Positions 50,227-63,379 of a stretch of 64,000 bases of DNA are shown piece by piece (positions within the stretch are counted from its first letter, which is position 1; each line of letters begins with the position of its first letter). The translations under genes and the position numbers were made by a program. The notes beneath the pieces are model-generated. The model worked only from the letters and a program-made list of their open reading frames with translations. It had not been told where the DNA came from and did not search any database. Source of the stretch: Podospora anserina (Eukaryota); contig CM030336.1 in NCBI GenBank assembly GCA_017654855.1, positions 1,054,001 to 1,118,000 on the forward strand, given 5' to 3'.

Positions 50227-53004
50227 ATGACAACGTGAGTCTCAACTGTCGTGGTACTTGTTATTGACATCAGGCTGACAGCGGGGCAGCAACAGCATCC
50301 TGTCGCTCCCCTTCCGAAAGTCCGTACAACTCTCGCTCTCCTCCTCGCTTCGACAGTACATCTCCAAGAAGTATGACCAACACCCGGACATGTTCCGTCA
50401 TGACCTCGAGGTCATTGACTCCCTCCGCCGCGATGCCGTCAATACGCGCGAACCCCACTCGACCGGTATCAGGAAACTCCAAACTTATGCCGCCCAACTG
50501 GTTTGGATGAGCGGGAAATTCCCAATTGATGTGGGTGCAACGATATCCCTCCCTTGACCACGAATTTTCTGACTATTTATTTTCTTGGCCAGATTGGCGT
50601 CGACTTTACATGGTACCCGGCCCTGGGCTACCACACCGAGCACCCCCTCGTACAGAACAATCTCCAATACGAGCTACTGAACATTCTCTACAACCTCGCT
50701 GCTCTGTATTCACAACTGGCGATATCGTCGAACCGAAGTGACACCAAGGGGCTGAAGACTGCTGCGAGCTTCTTCTCTCAGGCGGCCGGCGTGCTATCCC
50801 ATATGAAGAAGGAAGTCCTCCCCGAATTGCGCATGGCCAACCCACCAGACGATATGGACGAGGCCACGTTGGAAGCATTGGCTCAGCTCTTCCTTGCCCA
50901 AAGTCAAGAGTGTTTCTGGCAGAAGGCCGTCATGGACCAATACAAGGATGCTTCCATCGCCAAGTTGGCTGCTCGCGTGTCTGACCTCTACAACTTGGCA
51001 GTGGAGGCAGCCATGCAGAGTGAAGCCATCAGCTCTGCCTGGATCCACCACATGAGCGCCAAGCATCACCACTTTGCCGCCGCTGCCCAGTACCGCGCTG
51101 CTTGTGATTGCTTGGAGAAGAAACGATACGGCGAGGAGGTAGCTCGGCTGAAAGACGCTGTCAATTGCGTCACTGAAGGTCTTAAGGAGTGCAAAGGCGG
51201 CTACATTAGCAAGGCTGTCGTTGACGATCTCCATGGCCTCAAGAAGCGCGTTGAAGAGGACTTGAAAAGGGCCGAAAAGGACAACGACATCATCTACCTG
51301 CAAATCGTGCCGCCAAAACCTGAGCTCAAGATCCTCGAGCGTGCTAACATGGCGGTAGCGAGTGTTCCATCGCAGGTCGCAAAGCCTTACGAATATTTCG
51401 GGGATCATGCCGAATTTGGACCTGCCCTGTTCACCAAACTTGTGCCGTTCTCGGTTCATGTCGCTGTGTCCATCTATGAGGAGCGAAGAGATCGCCTTGT
51501 CAACAACAACATCATCGCCGAGTTGGAAACCATTACAGACAGGCTCCACGAGATTCTTTCGAGTTTAAACTTGCCCGGGTCATTGCAGGCTCTTGAGAAG
51601 CCGCTTGGTTTACCCGGTACCCTTGTGCAGCACGCCGAAGAGATTCGACAAGCCGATGCGCTGAACAAACTGCAGCGTGGTTTCGCCGATGTCGAGAAGC
51701 TTTGCGCCAGTGACAAGGCTTTGTTTGAAGAAGGAAAGGCTCTTCTGGCCGCCGAGGAAGAAGAAGACCACGCCTTGAGGCTCAAATATGGCACACAAAG
51801 GTGGGCAAGGCCCGAGTCGAGGGCTGACCCCAGTCATGACGGTGGGGCCAAGCTGTGGAACCAAGCAGGCGACATCGACGGATACTTTGCTTCGAGTACG
51901 TCTAGTGATGCTGTGGTTCGAGAGAAGTTTGCAGCGGTCAAAGAAACCCTCGCCATCCTCGCCGGCCCAGACCGTGGTATGATGGACTACATCCCCAACA
52001 GTCGCAGAACCGAGATCCCAGAACTCCTCAAACCAGCCATAGGACGGCTGCGGGGAGTATACAACGACGTATTACGGCTGGAGTCAAGGAGGAGGAAGCG
52101 GATCGAGTCTCTTCGTGCCAGGAGCCGGGCCGATGACATTAAGGGCGACATCATGGCTGAGGCGGCGCGTCTTGAAAGGACATACCCCAACACTCCCATC
52201 GTGCCAGCTCACTTTGAGGACTTCTTTGACAAGCGCCTGGACAGTCTTTATGAGTCTGAACTTGAGGCTCTCGAGAAGGAACAGGCCGATCAGGAGAAGA
52301 TTATGAGCGAGATCCAGCGGGCCAACCGTGACTTTGAGTCGCAGAAGAAAGTTATTGGCGAGAGCGGCAATCGGGAGCGGGAAAAGGCTCTGCAGAGATT
52401 GGATAATGCTTACTACAAGTACAAGGAGATTGTTAGTAATATCGAGGTTGGGCGGAAGTTCTACAATGACCTCAGTCGTATTGTTGAGCAATTCCGCAAC
52501 CAGGCGCGCAGCTGGGTGAACGAAAGGAGACAGGAGGCGAGGATGTTGGAGGAGTATGTTGCCCTTTCTTCCTTCCTGGCCGTTCAAGAATTATTACTGA
52601 CAAGCTCTTCCAGTGAACTCTCGATGCCACCGCTAGCATCGCTTAGTATGCGATCCAGCCAGCCCCAGTCGCCGCCGCAAGCGTACCAGTCCCCGGCTCC
52701 GTCGTCGTACTACATGCAGTCGCCGCAACGGCAGCCTGTTAGGGCTCCTGCTGTTCACAGTCCTCCTGTTGAGGCGCAGATTCAGAGCTGGGCGGATAAT
52801 GTGCCACAGCAGCAGCCTAAGCCGATGCCACCGATTGCTTCGATGCAAGGGGCTTGGATGCCGAATATGGGCATCAAGTTCTCTGGGGCAGGTGCAGGTG
52901 GCTCAGGGGGTAGTCCGGGACAGGGTCAGCAGCAGGGTGGTGGGAGCTCTTCGGGGCCTGTGAGGGGGACATGGGATCCTAACAGTGGGATTAGGTTCGG
53001 TTGA
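50227..53004 (+). CDS. palA: pH-response regulator PalA/Rim20 (Bro1 + ALIX V domain)
   Basis: MTT|NSILSLPFRKS, GKFPID|IGVDFTWYPALGY, LAQSQECFWQKA, AEKDNDIIY, LNLPGSLQALEKPLGLP, GRKFYNDL, terminal WDPNSGIRFG; 3 introns. Confidence 0.93.
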
Positions 53005-53445
53005 TCTGCGGAGGAGTGTGTGGTAGTGGGACATGTTGTACAAAAGAACCTTGGACGTGTTTTTCCTGGCTTGGATAGGTAGATCAAACTACGACCGCTG
53101 TTGTTAAGTGATAATCCCTTTAATCGGAGCTGGAATTGTGCCATACTGTCGGGCTAACGTAGCGCCATCACAATGAGATAGTCCCCGAATACCTTGTTCC
53201 CGATCGCTGACCAATGGTGTTGGTTACATGATCTGGTTCCACTCGTCCAAAAGTCAGCTACGTAATCATCGACGAGGATTGGTGAAGTGGACAGACTTGG
53301 CATGATGCATGGAAATGGAGCCTGGGATGATCGAGAACTACATAAACCGATTGTTCCTCCCGGGTTAGGCTTCATTACTTGCATTACATCACTCCACCGT
53401 GACAAGAAGAAGCCCAACGACACAACAGCAGCAACATATTCAACC

Positions 53446-54563
53446 ATGGCCACCAACCAAGTCACCCGCTGGGTCACCAACCAAGATGGCATCGAAAACC
53501 TCACCAAAGAAACAATCCCTATGCCCACCCCCGCCAAGGGTGAAGTGCTGGTGAAAATCTCGGCTGTCTCGCTCAACTACCGCGACACCGAGGTCGTGAA
53601 CGGGCTATACAACTACTACGACAAACCCGGCACTCCCAAGAAGCCCTTAGTTCCTGTGTCAGACATGTGCGGGACTGTCGTCTCTGTCGGCGACGACAAC
53701 AGCCCCTGGAAGGTAGGGGATAGGGTTGTCTCGACGTTTTTGCAGTCCCATCTCACCGGTCAGGTTTACCCCGACCACTTGGCTACTGGGTTGGGGAAGC
53801 CGTTGGATGGGTGCTTGCAAGGTTACAGGGTTTTTGGGAGCGAGGGTCTGGTGAGGGCGCCGGGGTATTTGACGGATGAGGAGGCGAGTTGTCTGCCTAT
53901 TGCGGGGGTGACGGCTTGGATGGCGATTCATGGGATGGGGGTTAGGAAGGGGGAGGGAGAGACGGTTTTGCTGCAGGGAACTGGGGGGGTTAGTGTGGCG
54001 GGTTTGCAGATTGCGAGGGCTGGGGGGATGAAAAGTGAGTTTGATGTCCAAAATGTTGAGGGAGGATAGGGTTTACTGATGAGATGTTAGCTATCATCAC
54101 CTCGTCGTCTGATGAGAAACTTGAAAAGGCCAAGGCTCTTGGGGCGGATTACGTTATCAACTATCGGACGAGTCCGGACTGGGAAAGAGAGGTTATGAAG
54201 ATCACGGGCGATAAAGGGGTGGATGTTATTCTTGAGACGGGGGGTGCTGGGACGCTGTACAAGTCTCTTGACTGCGTTGCGTTTGGGGGATTGATCTCGT
54301 GCATCGGGTATGTGTCTGGGCGGGAGGATAAGGCTGGTGAGGCAAGGGTTAATTTGAATCTTTTGGCGCTGCGGAGGACGGTCACGCTGAAGGGGATCAT
54401 CAACGGTCCAAGGGATAGGTTTGAGGAGATGTGTCGGTTTTACGAGAAGCATCAGATCAGGCCGGTGGTGGACCGTGTGTTTGGGTTTGAGGAGGCGGCT
54501 GAGGCGATGAAGTATCTGGCCGGTGGGTCGCACTTTGGGAAGGTGGTTGTGAGGGTTGAGTAA
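53446..54563 (+). CDS. MDR-family NAD(P)H oxidoreductase (zinc-type alcohol dehydrogenase-like, QOR-like)
   Basis: VSLNYRD, LVPVSDMCG, CLPIAGVTAW, QGTGGVS, HFGKVVV; one intron at ~54035-54090. Confidence 0.9.
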
Positions 54564-54903
54564 CTATAAAGCGTGGAACTGCATACGCTTATTATTGCCT
54601 CTTCGATGTTGTGGCTGATAAGCTCTGAATGGCGTCTTATGAGAGTTAAAATTTGGCTAAGGTAGGTAAACGGGGCTTGCGGTTTTGGTTCGCGCACAAC
54701 GCAAGGTTTTCTTTTGTCGAATATTTCCCACACTATTTTCATTGACGGACACTCTCCCTCTCATTTCTTCCATCCCGGCCCACGACACCGTTTGATATTC
54801 CCTGCACCAGCGCGTTAATATCCCCATAAGCAACTTCTGGCTGCCTACTTCATCCTCAACAAGAGGAACAGGACGACCTTCCACAACCAGCTTGTCCTTC
54901 ATA

Positions 54904-56350
54904 ATGGCTCTTGCAAAACTCCCCACTGAGCTGCAGACCCGTATCTGCGAAATCTTGAACGAGGAGCATCGGGATAGTCTGGTATCTCTCTCGTTGACCA
55001 ACCGACATTTTCGGGCGGTTGCCAATACGTGTCCGCTCAGCATTCTGACCTTGACCGTTACGACTGAAGGTTTTGAGAAACTGATCCAAGATTGCTCCCA
55101 GTTCCTAGGCCAGAATGACGGCTTCCGTCATGTCCATGTCCTTGTGCTCGTTGGTTCAACTATTGTTGACTGGAACTTGGCTGATAATCCGCTCCCAAGG
55201 ATATATTTTGGGCGAGGTCCCTCGGATGGATTCGATGACGGCTTTCAGAGCCCTACTGCTCTCTGGCAATCGCGCCGACAAGGCATACCGCCTCATACCT
55301 GGCAGAGCTCTGATCGGTGGGACTAGAACTGGGCTCCTTTGGCCAACTCCATAAGCCAGTTACCAGGACTCACTGACCTCATATACAAGGCGGCCGAGGA
55401 GCTTCCACCATGTCTGCTGCGCGCCATCGAAAATAAGAGTACGATATCACGCCGTGTAACACGGCTTTACCATCACACTTTTCGGCTGCGGATGCTGGAA
55501 GCTGTCATGGATGCCTAATGTCGCGTAGATCAAGGCGTATGCGCTGGATATGATGGTCCATACCAATGACCCAACTCCCACAGCGCCCGTTATGGATCCT
55601 CACGAATACAATATCATCCGATCTCCCTGCCTCTATGGCGTTTTTTTGGTCAACGTCAAATACACCATCGACCTCATGACAAATGTGGTATCCCCCATCA
55701 TGGATGATGGCAAGTACCAGGACACAAAACAAATACTGCAGACCGAAGGACTTGCCCCGAATCTGGGCGAGATTTTCGTGTATGCACACCGCTCTTTCAT
55801 ACCCGGCTCATCCAGAAGCGGAGTTCAGCTGGTAGGGAAACTCGGCAATGGAAATCGACGGCCCCCTCCTCTGCCCATAAAGCGGCTCACTGTTAGGTCT
55901 TCTCTCGACTCTGGACCAGTTGAAATCTGTCAACTACTGGATCTTAGCGCTCTGAAGACTCTCGAGCTCAATTGGCCCCCGAATGAACAGAGGATTGAAT
56001 TGTCCGAAAAACTTCGTTTACCTTCCCTGACAACGCTCGTGGTGGACTTGTCTCTACTAGCTCGAGGCCGAAGTAACCATTCCCAAGTCAAGCTCTTCAT
56101 CCGCGCTCATCCAAGCATCAAGCAATTACAGGTACGCGTATAGGATTGGTCAATCGCCTCATTTGTAGGGGAGAACCACCATGGAACGGTGTTTCCAAAC
56201 ATGGAGTCCTTATGCTTTCAAAACAGGCGATATAATGACATCTTCAAGGCCGTCGCCAGTTTGCTGATTTCGGCGCGTGAAATTGAAGGCTTGGGTGCCC
56301 TGTACCCCAACGTCAAGTGTCTGACCCTTCCTGTCCGTAGGTCAAGGGGC
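54904..56350 (+). pseudogene. F-box-like/LRR-like protein pseudogene (paralogue A), 3'-truncated
   Basis: LAKLPTELQTRICEIL N-terminus. Shares WAPLA..I..LP.L.DLIY...PPCLL, HTFRL, DPHE..IRSPCL and RRS.G motifs with paralogue B. Stops at 55324 and 56141, frameshift near 55500. Confidence 0.8.
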
Positions 56351-57116
56351 ATCCCACAGGCGGCGCCATGAGCTTCTGGGCCTGGTATTCATTCTGGCAT
56401 GCCACCTTTTCACCAACTCCTTGCCATTTTTATGCCTTTTGTGTTTACCCTGAAGATATGAAGCCAAGGCAGCCGCTCCTACCGTCAATGTGATGACGCC
56501 TCCGGTGACAGCCATATCTACAACCGCTGTACCTGCCACCGCACCCGTCGCCATACCTGCCGCAAAACCGGGCCCTCCACCCATCAGGATTGCCAGTATC
56601 ATAGCATCCGGATTCCAGCTCTCCCAGCGATCCGAGATCTCCTTTTCGCTCAAATTGTCTACTATGCACCGCAGATGCCAGAGGGCAAATTCTTGGCAGT
56701 TCCATAAAAAGTTTTGGTATGTCTTTTCAAAAAGCTGCTTCCATATATCGTTTGCTAAGAATGGGTGAAAACGATGAGCACTAGCTACCAGTAAGGAGAC
56801 GGGGTCAGGTATACTTACCACATTCTTCAATCTTGTCATCCGGCCATGTCGTCTTGCATTCACCCAAATTAATAGGCTCATATTCAAGCGCTTTCTTTTG
56901 CATTTCCTCGATCCATTCCGACTTGGGCTTGATGCGCAGGTTGTGCGATAGTCCGCTTGGATCGTCGGGTGTGGCGGCGACTTCGTAGCATGTGTCGCCC
57001 ACGCAAACTGTCCAATGGTTGATGGTAGCTTTGCGCCATTTGTTGAGGAGGGGGATTTTGGCAAAGCTACTGATGGGTCGCCTGTAGAGGAAAACGTCTC
57101 GTTGTGTTTGTGACAT
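56342..57116 (-). CDS. Permuted NlpC/P60 thiol hydrolase (LRAT/PLAAT- or PPPDE-like) with C-terminal Gly/Ala-rich hydrophobic segment
   Basis: H-box HWTVCVGDTCYEV, Y....NCQEF motif; intron 56755-56818 joins the frames (EEC|ANDIW); ~236 aa. Confidence 0.78.
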
Positions 57117-57764
57117 GATGTGGGAAAGGTATCACTGGTTCGATGATGTGTCTAGGTGCTAAGAAGGTTGTAGTAATCACTCCTGGACTTGGTGTTTCTC
57201 CAGGTTGAACGATCAAAACCGGAGAAGCCAGAATCGTTATTTCTATCTTTCCAGTAGGGATAAGACTGGGAGAATACCTTTTTGCAGGATGCGAGTAAGG
57301 CGTCATGCCCAGCGCTCGAAACCGAACAGGCCAATCCTAGTCTCCAGACTGTAGCCTGATCTCGTGGCTATGATTCATAGGTAGCACAGCTGTGCCGCCT
57401 CTAGATGATCTTTAGTGTGTGTTTGCCCATTTTAAGTACTGCAGAGAATCTTCTTTGTCAATCAGAATGGACGGGTACTCCTTACGTTGTGGCGATGCCC
57501 TTCAGCTCCTGTCCTCATACATTTTAACAGGCTTTCTGTCTGGTAAAACAGTGTACGGGCGTACTTTACGCCGTGCAGATCTGCGCCACCAGCCCCAAAG
57601 GCAGCCTTCGTCTGTACGACCCCAACGTTATTCAATGTCAGAGAGGGGCGACAATACAAACCCGAAATTAATTTCTCGACGTTCTGCCAGTATTACCTGA
57701 ACAGGATTCCTTTCTTCTTTACCCTGTTGACTTTTGCACTAGGTACTAGCCGTCTGCTCTCAAG

Positions 57765-58666
57765 ATGGAGACATCCAACTATACCCGGGACTCGGGTCCA
57801 CCCAAGAACTGCGATATAGTCCCCAGAAGTCTCTTTTTCAGAATCTTTGCCTTCAGCTATTCCGCTGCTTTACGCTACCACACCGTCCAGCCAATGCATT
57901 GTATCCAGCGCAACCAAAACTATCGCGAGGACAAGCATGGCGTCATCGCAGCACTGGCTCGCTTCCGTAAGACGAAATCAGAGGAGCTGAGATTTGTTCA
58001 AGGAGCAGTCAGTATACACACCCCACCCCTGAACCCTCAAAAATGATCCAGTCTAATATGGCACCTAGGCAACGCTGTCCGGAGCAGCAGTAATAGGCGT
58101 CTTCTCCTGGCCCTCGACAGAAAGAACAGTCTGGATAGCCAAGATGCTCTGGAACTGGAGTTTGTTTCTCTCTTTCTTTGCTCTGATCAGCTCGGCTCAC
58201 CAACGGCTGCTCCGGCGCTTACCCGAGGACCCGAGTGATGAGCTCAGCGAGGCCGACCTGGCGAGGTGTCTCAGTCTGTTCTTGCAACCTCCTGTCCCGC
58301 CTGGGAAGGGAGACAGGATGTTCCAGCGGGGGATCAGCCGCCGTATGGTCTGGTTCTGGCAGTGTCCGACTATGCTTATGAGTTTTTCTTGGGTGTTATT
58401 TCTGGTTGGGTATACGCTTCACTTGTTGACGCCGGTGTTTGACGCCTCCCTGGCGGAGTTTAATACGGTTGTGAGTTTGTATTTTATGCTTGATCCCCAT
58501 GGGAGCCATGTTCTAAGTTACGGACATATAGCCTGCCATCGTTACCGTGTGTGGCTGCACAGTTGTGGTTGCCAACTTCCTTTTTTGTGCCGAGCTGTGT
58601 CAGAGGCGCATTTCGAAGGCCAGCCATGGGATTATTGAGACCGGCCCGAATGTATTGCCTGTATAG
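57765..58666 (+). CDS. 4-TM membrane protein of unknown function (~259 aa, 2 introns)
   Basis: Phase-0 introns 58008-58068 and 58471-58531 give a clean frame with four hydrophobic helices and a WQCPTMLMSFSW motif. Confidence 0.78.
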
Positions 58667-59079
58667 CGTGTGATACAGCTAGAGATTTCATCACACTTGA
58701 TGGAGAAGACAGTTTTGCACAAGATATGGCAAAGACAGTTAGACAAATATACTCTACAGGAGGTCTAAAGAAGTCACTAATACACCAAATCTATCCACCT
58801 TCCCTCACATAACCAACACACACTGACATGATATGATGGAAGCCTTTTTCCAACCCTACATGTGCTTCTCCCTGACATTGACCCTATCCCAATCAGGACT
58901 TCTTCAAATCGTCGACAACAATCCCGCCATTCTCTCTCACCACATAGTGACTCTGATTACCGGCCACAGTCGGCGGCATCTCGGCCGCCACTCGGAATCC
59001 CCGATAACACGACTGACACTGGGCATAGCCAACGAAGACCTGCACTGCCGGCAATCAAGAATTCTCACAGCCAGCTGGC

Positions 59080-59760
59080 GGTCCGCCTCTGGCACCCGCA
59101 AAGGTGTACCACAATCACCCTGCTTTACATATACCGCCCACACCACCGTTATTGCCTGAACGAAAGGACCACAATTGTTAGTATCTTTTCATGCCTGGAG
59201 GTCAGGCAAGGGAAAGAAAGAGAGTCACTCACACTTGGTATAATTCTCCCTCACCAACAAGCAAGCCGTGATCACACTCTGCGACATCCCCAGCGGGAAC
59301 TCAAAGCTCTGCCTCTTGACAGTAGTAACACACCCACCCACCCACTCGACCCGAAAGTCGTAGTTCACCCTTTGCTATCCGTCTCGCGGAATGTGATGGG
59401 GGCATCCCCGGACCCAATGGTGCGTCGTCGTCACCCATTCCTCTGCGTAGACTGCTAAAATCAACCGAGAACCGATCCTGATCCCCAGATTGAAGGTCTG
59501 CGTGCCCTGGAAAGTCGCTCTCCTTGAAGCAGTTGTTCGGTCCTCTCGTCAACGGCTTGGTATTGGGGTCGGAGGTAGGGGTAGGAACCGTTGGTTTGCT
59601 CGAGGTCCTCCCCTTAACCCACGTGTGCACATTCCATCCAGGCCCGCCGGGGGTGGGTGCCGCGCCTGTGTAATTAGACCACGGCGGCGTGTAGGCTGCC
59701 GTTCGGGGGCAATTGGAAGATGTGTATGTTGTCGTTATTGTGGGCTTCATGCTGCCGGAG
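59080..59760 (-). pseudogene. Remnant of a secreted-protein C-terminal Cys-containing domain preceded by a Thr/Pro-rich linker
   Basis: CFKESDFPGHAD..., then after frameshifts YDFRVEWVGGC...ITAC..RENYTK and NNGGVGG. Resembles C-terminal modules of fungal secreted hydrolases; no catalytic domain recognisable. Confidence 0.55.
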
Positions 59761-61231
59761 GCGGTGGAGGGCTCGGTGGAGGTCGAATAGAGTCTGCAGT
59801 GCACTGTCTTCTGGACGACGGCCTGTCTGTTCACTGCATTGAGTTCACTTGCATGTTGATGGCGGTGAAGTTCGGTCGAATGGAGTTCCGCCGGTGATGG
59901 AGTTTTCATCACGGTCAACCAAGCCGGCAAAGCATGGTCATTCACCGTTTACGATGGAGTCATCGACATGGATGTAGCGTGAGACGGGGAACCTGGAGGC
60001 CTGGCTCCTTGACTCCTTGATCCGTGCCTTCACTAACGTGAGAGGGGTGTTTCTACCGGAAGAGGTCCGTACCCTCGTAGACTTTTCGTTCTACTTCAGG
60101 GCAGCGATATCTCCATCTTTTGCAGGCCGACATCTCACCTACCCTGAGTCGTAACATCTGCGAACCTTTGGGCGTCACGATGGCCACTCTACCTATCCCT
60201 TTCCGGCGCTGAAAGAAGAAGGCTGCAGCGTTGCTGTTCCAGCTCAGTCCAATCGTCTGGGCTCTCGTCCATCCGCGTCTCCGCGACATCAATCAGCCAG
60301 CAATGTAAGCACTCTGCTACCAGTCCCATGCCGAGTCTTTTTCAGAGGACATAGTGTAGTAAGCACAGTTGCCAATTCCAAACGACACAGACACCAAGCC
60401 AACGGAGATGTCACCAACCACAGCAGGGTACTTACTTTGGCCCGTCAGGATGCGAACGTTTATGGAACAAGGGACCCCGATGGGCCTCGATTGCTTATAT
60501 CTCTGCAGATAGGCAACTTACGGTGCAGCCTCATGCGTGCTCAACCGCCGCGAATTACGCTACCTAACCGTTAACGTCCATCCTTTAGGAAATACTACTT
60601 CCAGTCTTCGCAAGCGAGTTTTCTATTAGGACCGTTTCATTTAGTCACCGCAGGACATAGACAGAAACCCGACTTCAAACCTGGGCTATAGCCGAATCGG
60701 ATTGGACCAACAGTTTGCTGACTACCGCGATTATCACCTACTTATCCTCGAGTAGGGCCCAGAACAAACGGTTGCCAAACAGAGAGTAATTCCGGATGTT
60801 AATAGCAAGGCCTTCTAAATAGGAACCAATATAGTATATAGCCGTACTATCGTGGCCATTGTGAGTGACAGAGCTGTGTAGATGGCCCATTTTTGGGAAA
60901 CGGTGGGGATAAACAACACGCATCATAAATTGTTCAGGTAGGTGCACTAAGCTCGGGTGTTCGAAGACAAGTTGTTGCTAAGGACGCGCTGACTAACGAG
61001 TGATGGCAGAGCAAATGTACTTAACTAGATTACGGGGCGGGACTTTTCTGGGGTTAGAGACCTAGTAAACCCTAATTTATATACTAAGCCGACTGATCGC
61101 ACGTCGAACGTGGCGGACGCCTTCCCTACCTACCTTACCTGGTTAAATATAAATACAAGTGTCGTAGTCCTCCCAGTTTTACCTTCACCTCAACGTCCCT
61201 CCCAAATCAACCGACCTAATCTCTTACATAT

Positions 61232-63215
61232 ATAGTATTCAATCTGAATAAGTTTCCCCTCGAAATTGTGCTGGACATTTGCGAGCTTTTTGGCGATACG
61301 TACGAGCCCAGCCTTCGATATTTCGTATTGGCCAGCAAGTCCTGCTACTCAATCGCCAATATTATATTACTTCGCACAATCACCTTCAACATCACCACTA
61401 CAACGAAATTTCGAGTCGATATCCAGAAATATACCGGACTCCTTCAACGAAATAATAATTTCTAACATGTCCGTCGTCTTATGTTAGTTGGCTCGGATCA
61501 AACATTTAAGCTACATATCGATAACGAGGATAGCCAGGGGGACGTAGAGCTATTTAGCCTCGACAATTAGCAACTTGGCCCTGCCCTTTCTATTAACTAA
61601 GACATTTACTATTGGAGGCTCCATGGAATCCCCGACCACACCGACTTTGCTCGTAGTGCTTTTGCGTACAAAAGAACGGCCGGTACCGTGTACAACGAGG
61701 ATGCCAAATGGGCGCCACTGGCCGAGTTGATCCGGCTACTGCCAGCGCTGGCCGATCTCATTTATCAGTGGCCGGTTCAGTTTCCACCCTGCTTGTTGCA
61801 GGCCCCCCACAGCAAGAAAAATGACCATATCACGCTGCTGCATTTACACACGTTCAGGCTGCAGATGCTGGGCCAACACGACCTTTCTGCCGCACAGAGT
61901 ATCGCTAGTGACCCTCACGAGCTTGCCCTGATTAGATCGCCTTGCCTTCATACTATCTGGCTGGAAGACCATGATGGTAGACTGACGCCTGAACAGGAGA
62001 GCGACACCGGCTTGATAGGACGCCAGCTAGATGCACTTAACTAAATTCTTATAACAGAGGGCCTAGCACCCGATCTACGCGGGATCCGCTTGGATTATAT
62101 CTATGTTGACAGCCCCTATCCTTCCGGCTGGCTTCCAGAAGAGGTAGGCCCAAGGGGCGGCAAGAAGCTGCCAATTGCCCTCTAACACTTGGAGTTGAGC
62201 TGCCGTATCGACCCTCACAAAATCATAGGCTTTTATATCCACGACTGGGTTGAGCTTGTGGACCTGGGCGGTCTTCAGACGCTTAAGCTGACGGCGCCCG
62301 TCGCTCTATGCGGTCTCGACAAGCTATTATCTCTGCACTTGCCCGCCCTGAAAACCTTGAGCTTTCGCTGTTGGAGAAGGCTAGACACCGTATATTTCGA
62401 AAATGTGAAGCGCTTCCTAGCGCGATTGCGGCGACTCCGGACACTTTTAATTAGAGGATAGGATGGTCGTAGCGTTAGTCGAAATTGTAACGACACTATC
62501 CGATCTCTCTGGCTCGACCATTGCGCAGATTTGCAGTTGCCGTATACGAGGGCGTCGCTCATATATCCTTCCAAGATTATGCGCCTAGGCGCATTCTACC
62601 CTCGAATCATCACTCTCTCTCTATCGATTCGCCGCTCTAAAGGAAACGGAGACGAGGTCTCGAGGTACAAGGCTATCGATGCCACCCTCCTACGGCTGAA
62701 GCGGCTCGCTCTAACACTAGACGCTTTGGTGATGTTGAGCCTACGCCTAGGTCCCAGATTAGTAGGTTAATAGGTATTATTCGAAGACTACACTATACAG
62801 CCCTAGGGATATAACAACAAGCACGCCTTAGAAGTCATAATCAATAGTGCTGTGGATGATAAGCTCGCAAGACAGACTTTTAACGCGATTGACTCTCCGA
62901 GGTTAGAGACGGTGATGGTCAGAGCTCAGGGGGGTAAGGACTTTAAGGTACCCCCAGGGGTGCGACTTTGGTTGCAATTTAAGACGTACTAACCTACGCT
63001 ACGCTTATTTATCGATACGCTATCTAGGGAGCGGATCCTGGAAAGGTTTAATTAAGTCAGGGTCGAGGAGATTAAAAGGAAAAAGGAAGACTCATTTAGT
63101 AAATAGGGCGAGTGGATAGTAAGTGAAACAGACTTGTATCTACCTGACTTTAGGAGGTAGTGGCCGAACATAAAGAAAGGAAATAAGGGGTGGTATAAGG
63201 ATTGGAATAGCTAGT
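61232..63215 (+). pseudogene. F-box-like/LRR-like protein pseudogene (paralogue B), RIP-type mutations
   Basis: ATA in place of ATG at 61232, in frame with LNKFPLEIVLDICELF; repeated in-frame TAA/TAG (61463, 62042, 62459, 62768); homologous to 54904-56350. Confidence 0.82.
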
Positions 63216-63379
63216 GTAGGGCTGATAAGTGGGGACGGTAAAGGATAGTATTTTATAGACTTTGCTGAGTTTTGGAGGCGGGTTTTCTTCTTAATAACAC
63301 ACACGCTTTTCCTCCTTAATTTCTAATGATAATGTTTAGTAACTAAACCTATACCGACGGACTATACTAGCCATTAGAA

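Noticed and set aside
45385-54563. P450 plus oxidoreductase as a secondary-metabolite cluster
   Set aside because: No PKS, NRPS, terpene synthase or cluster regulator; palA lies between them.
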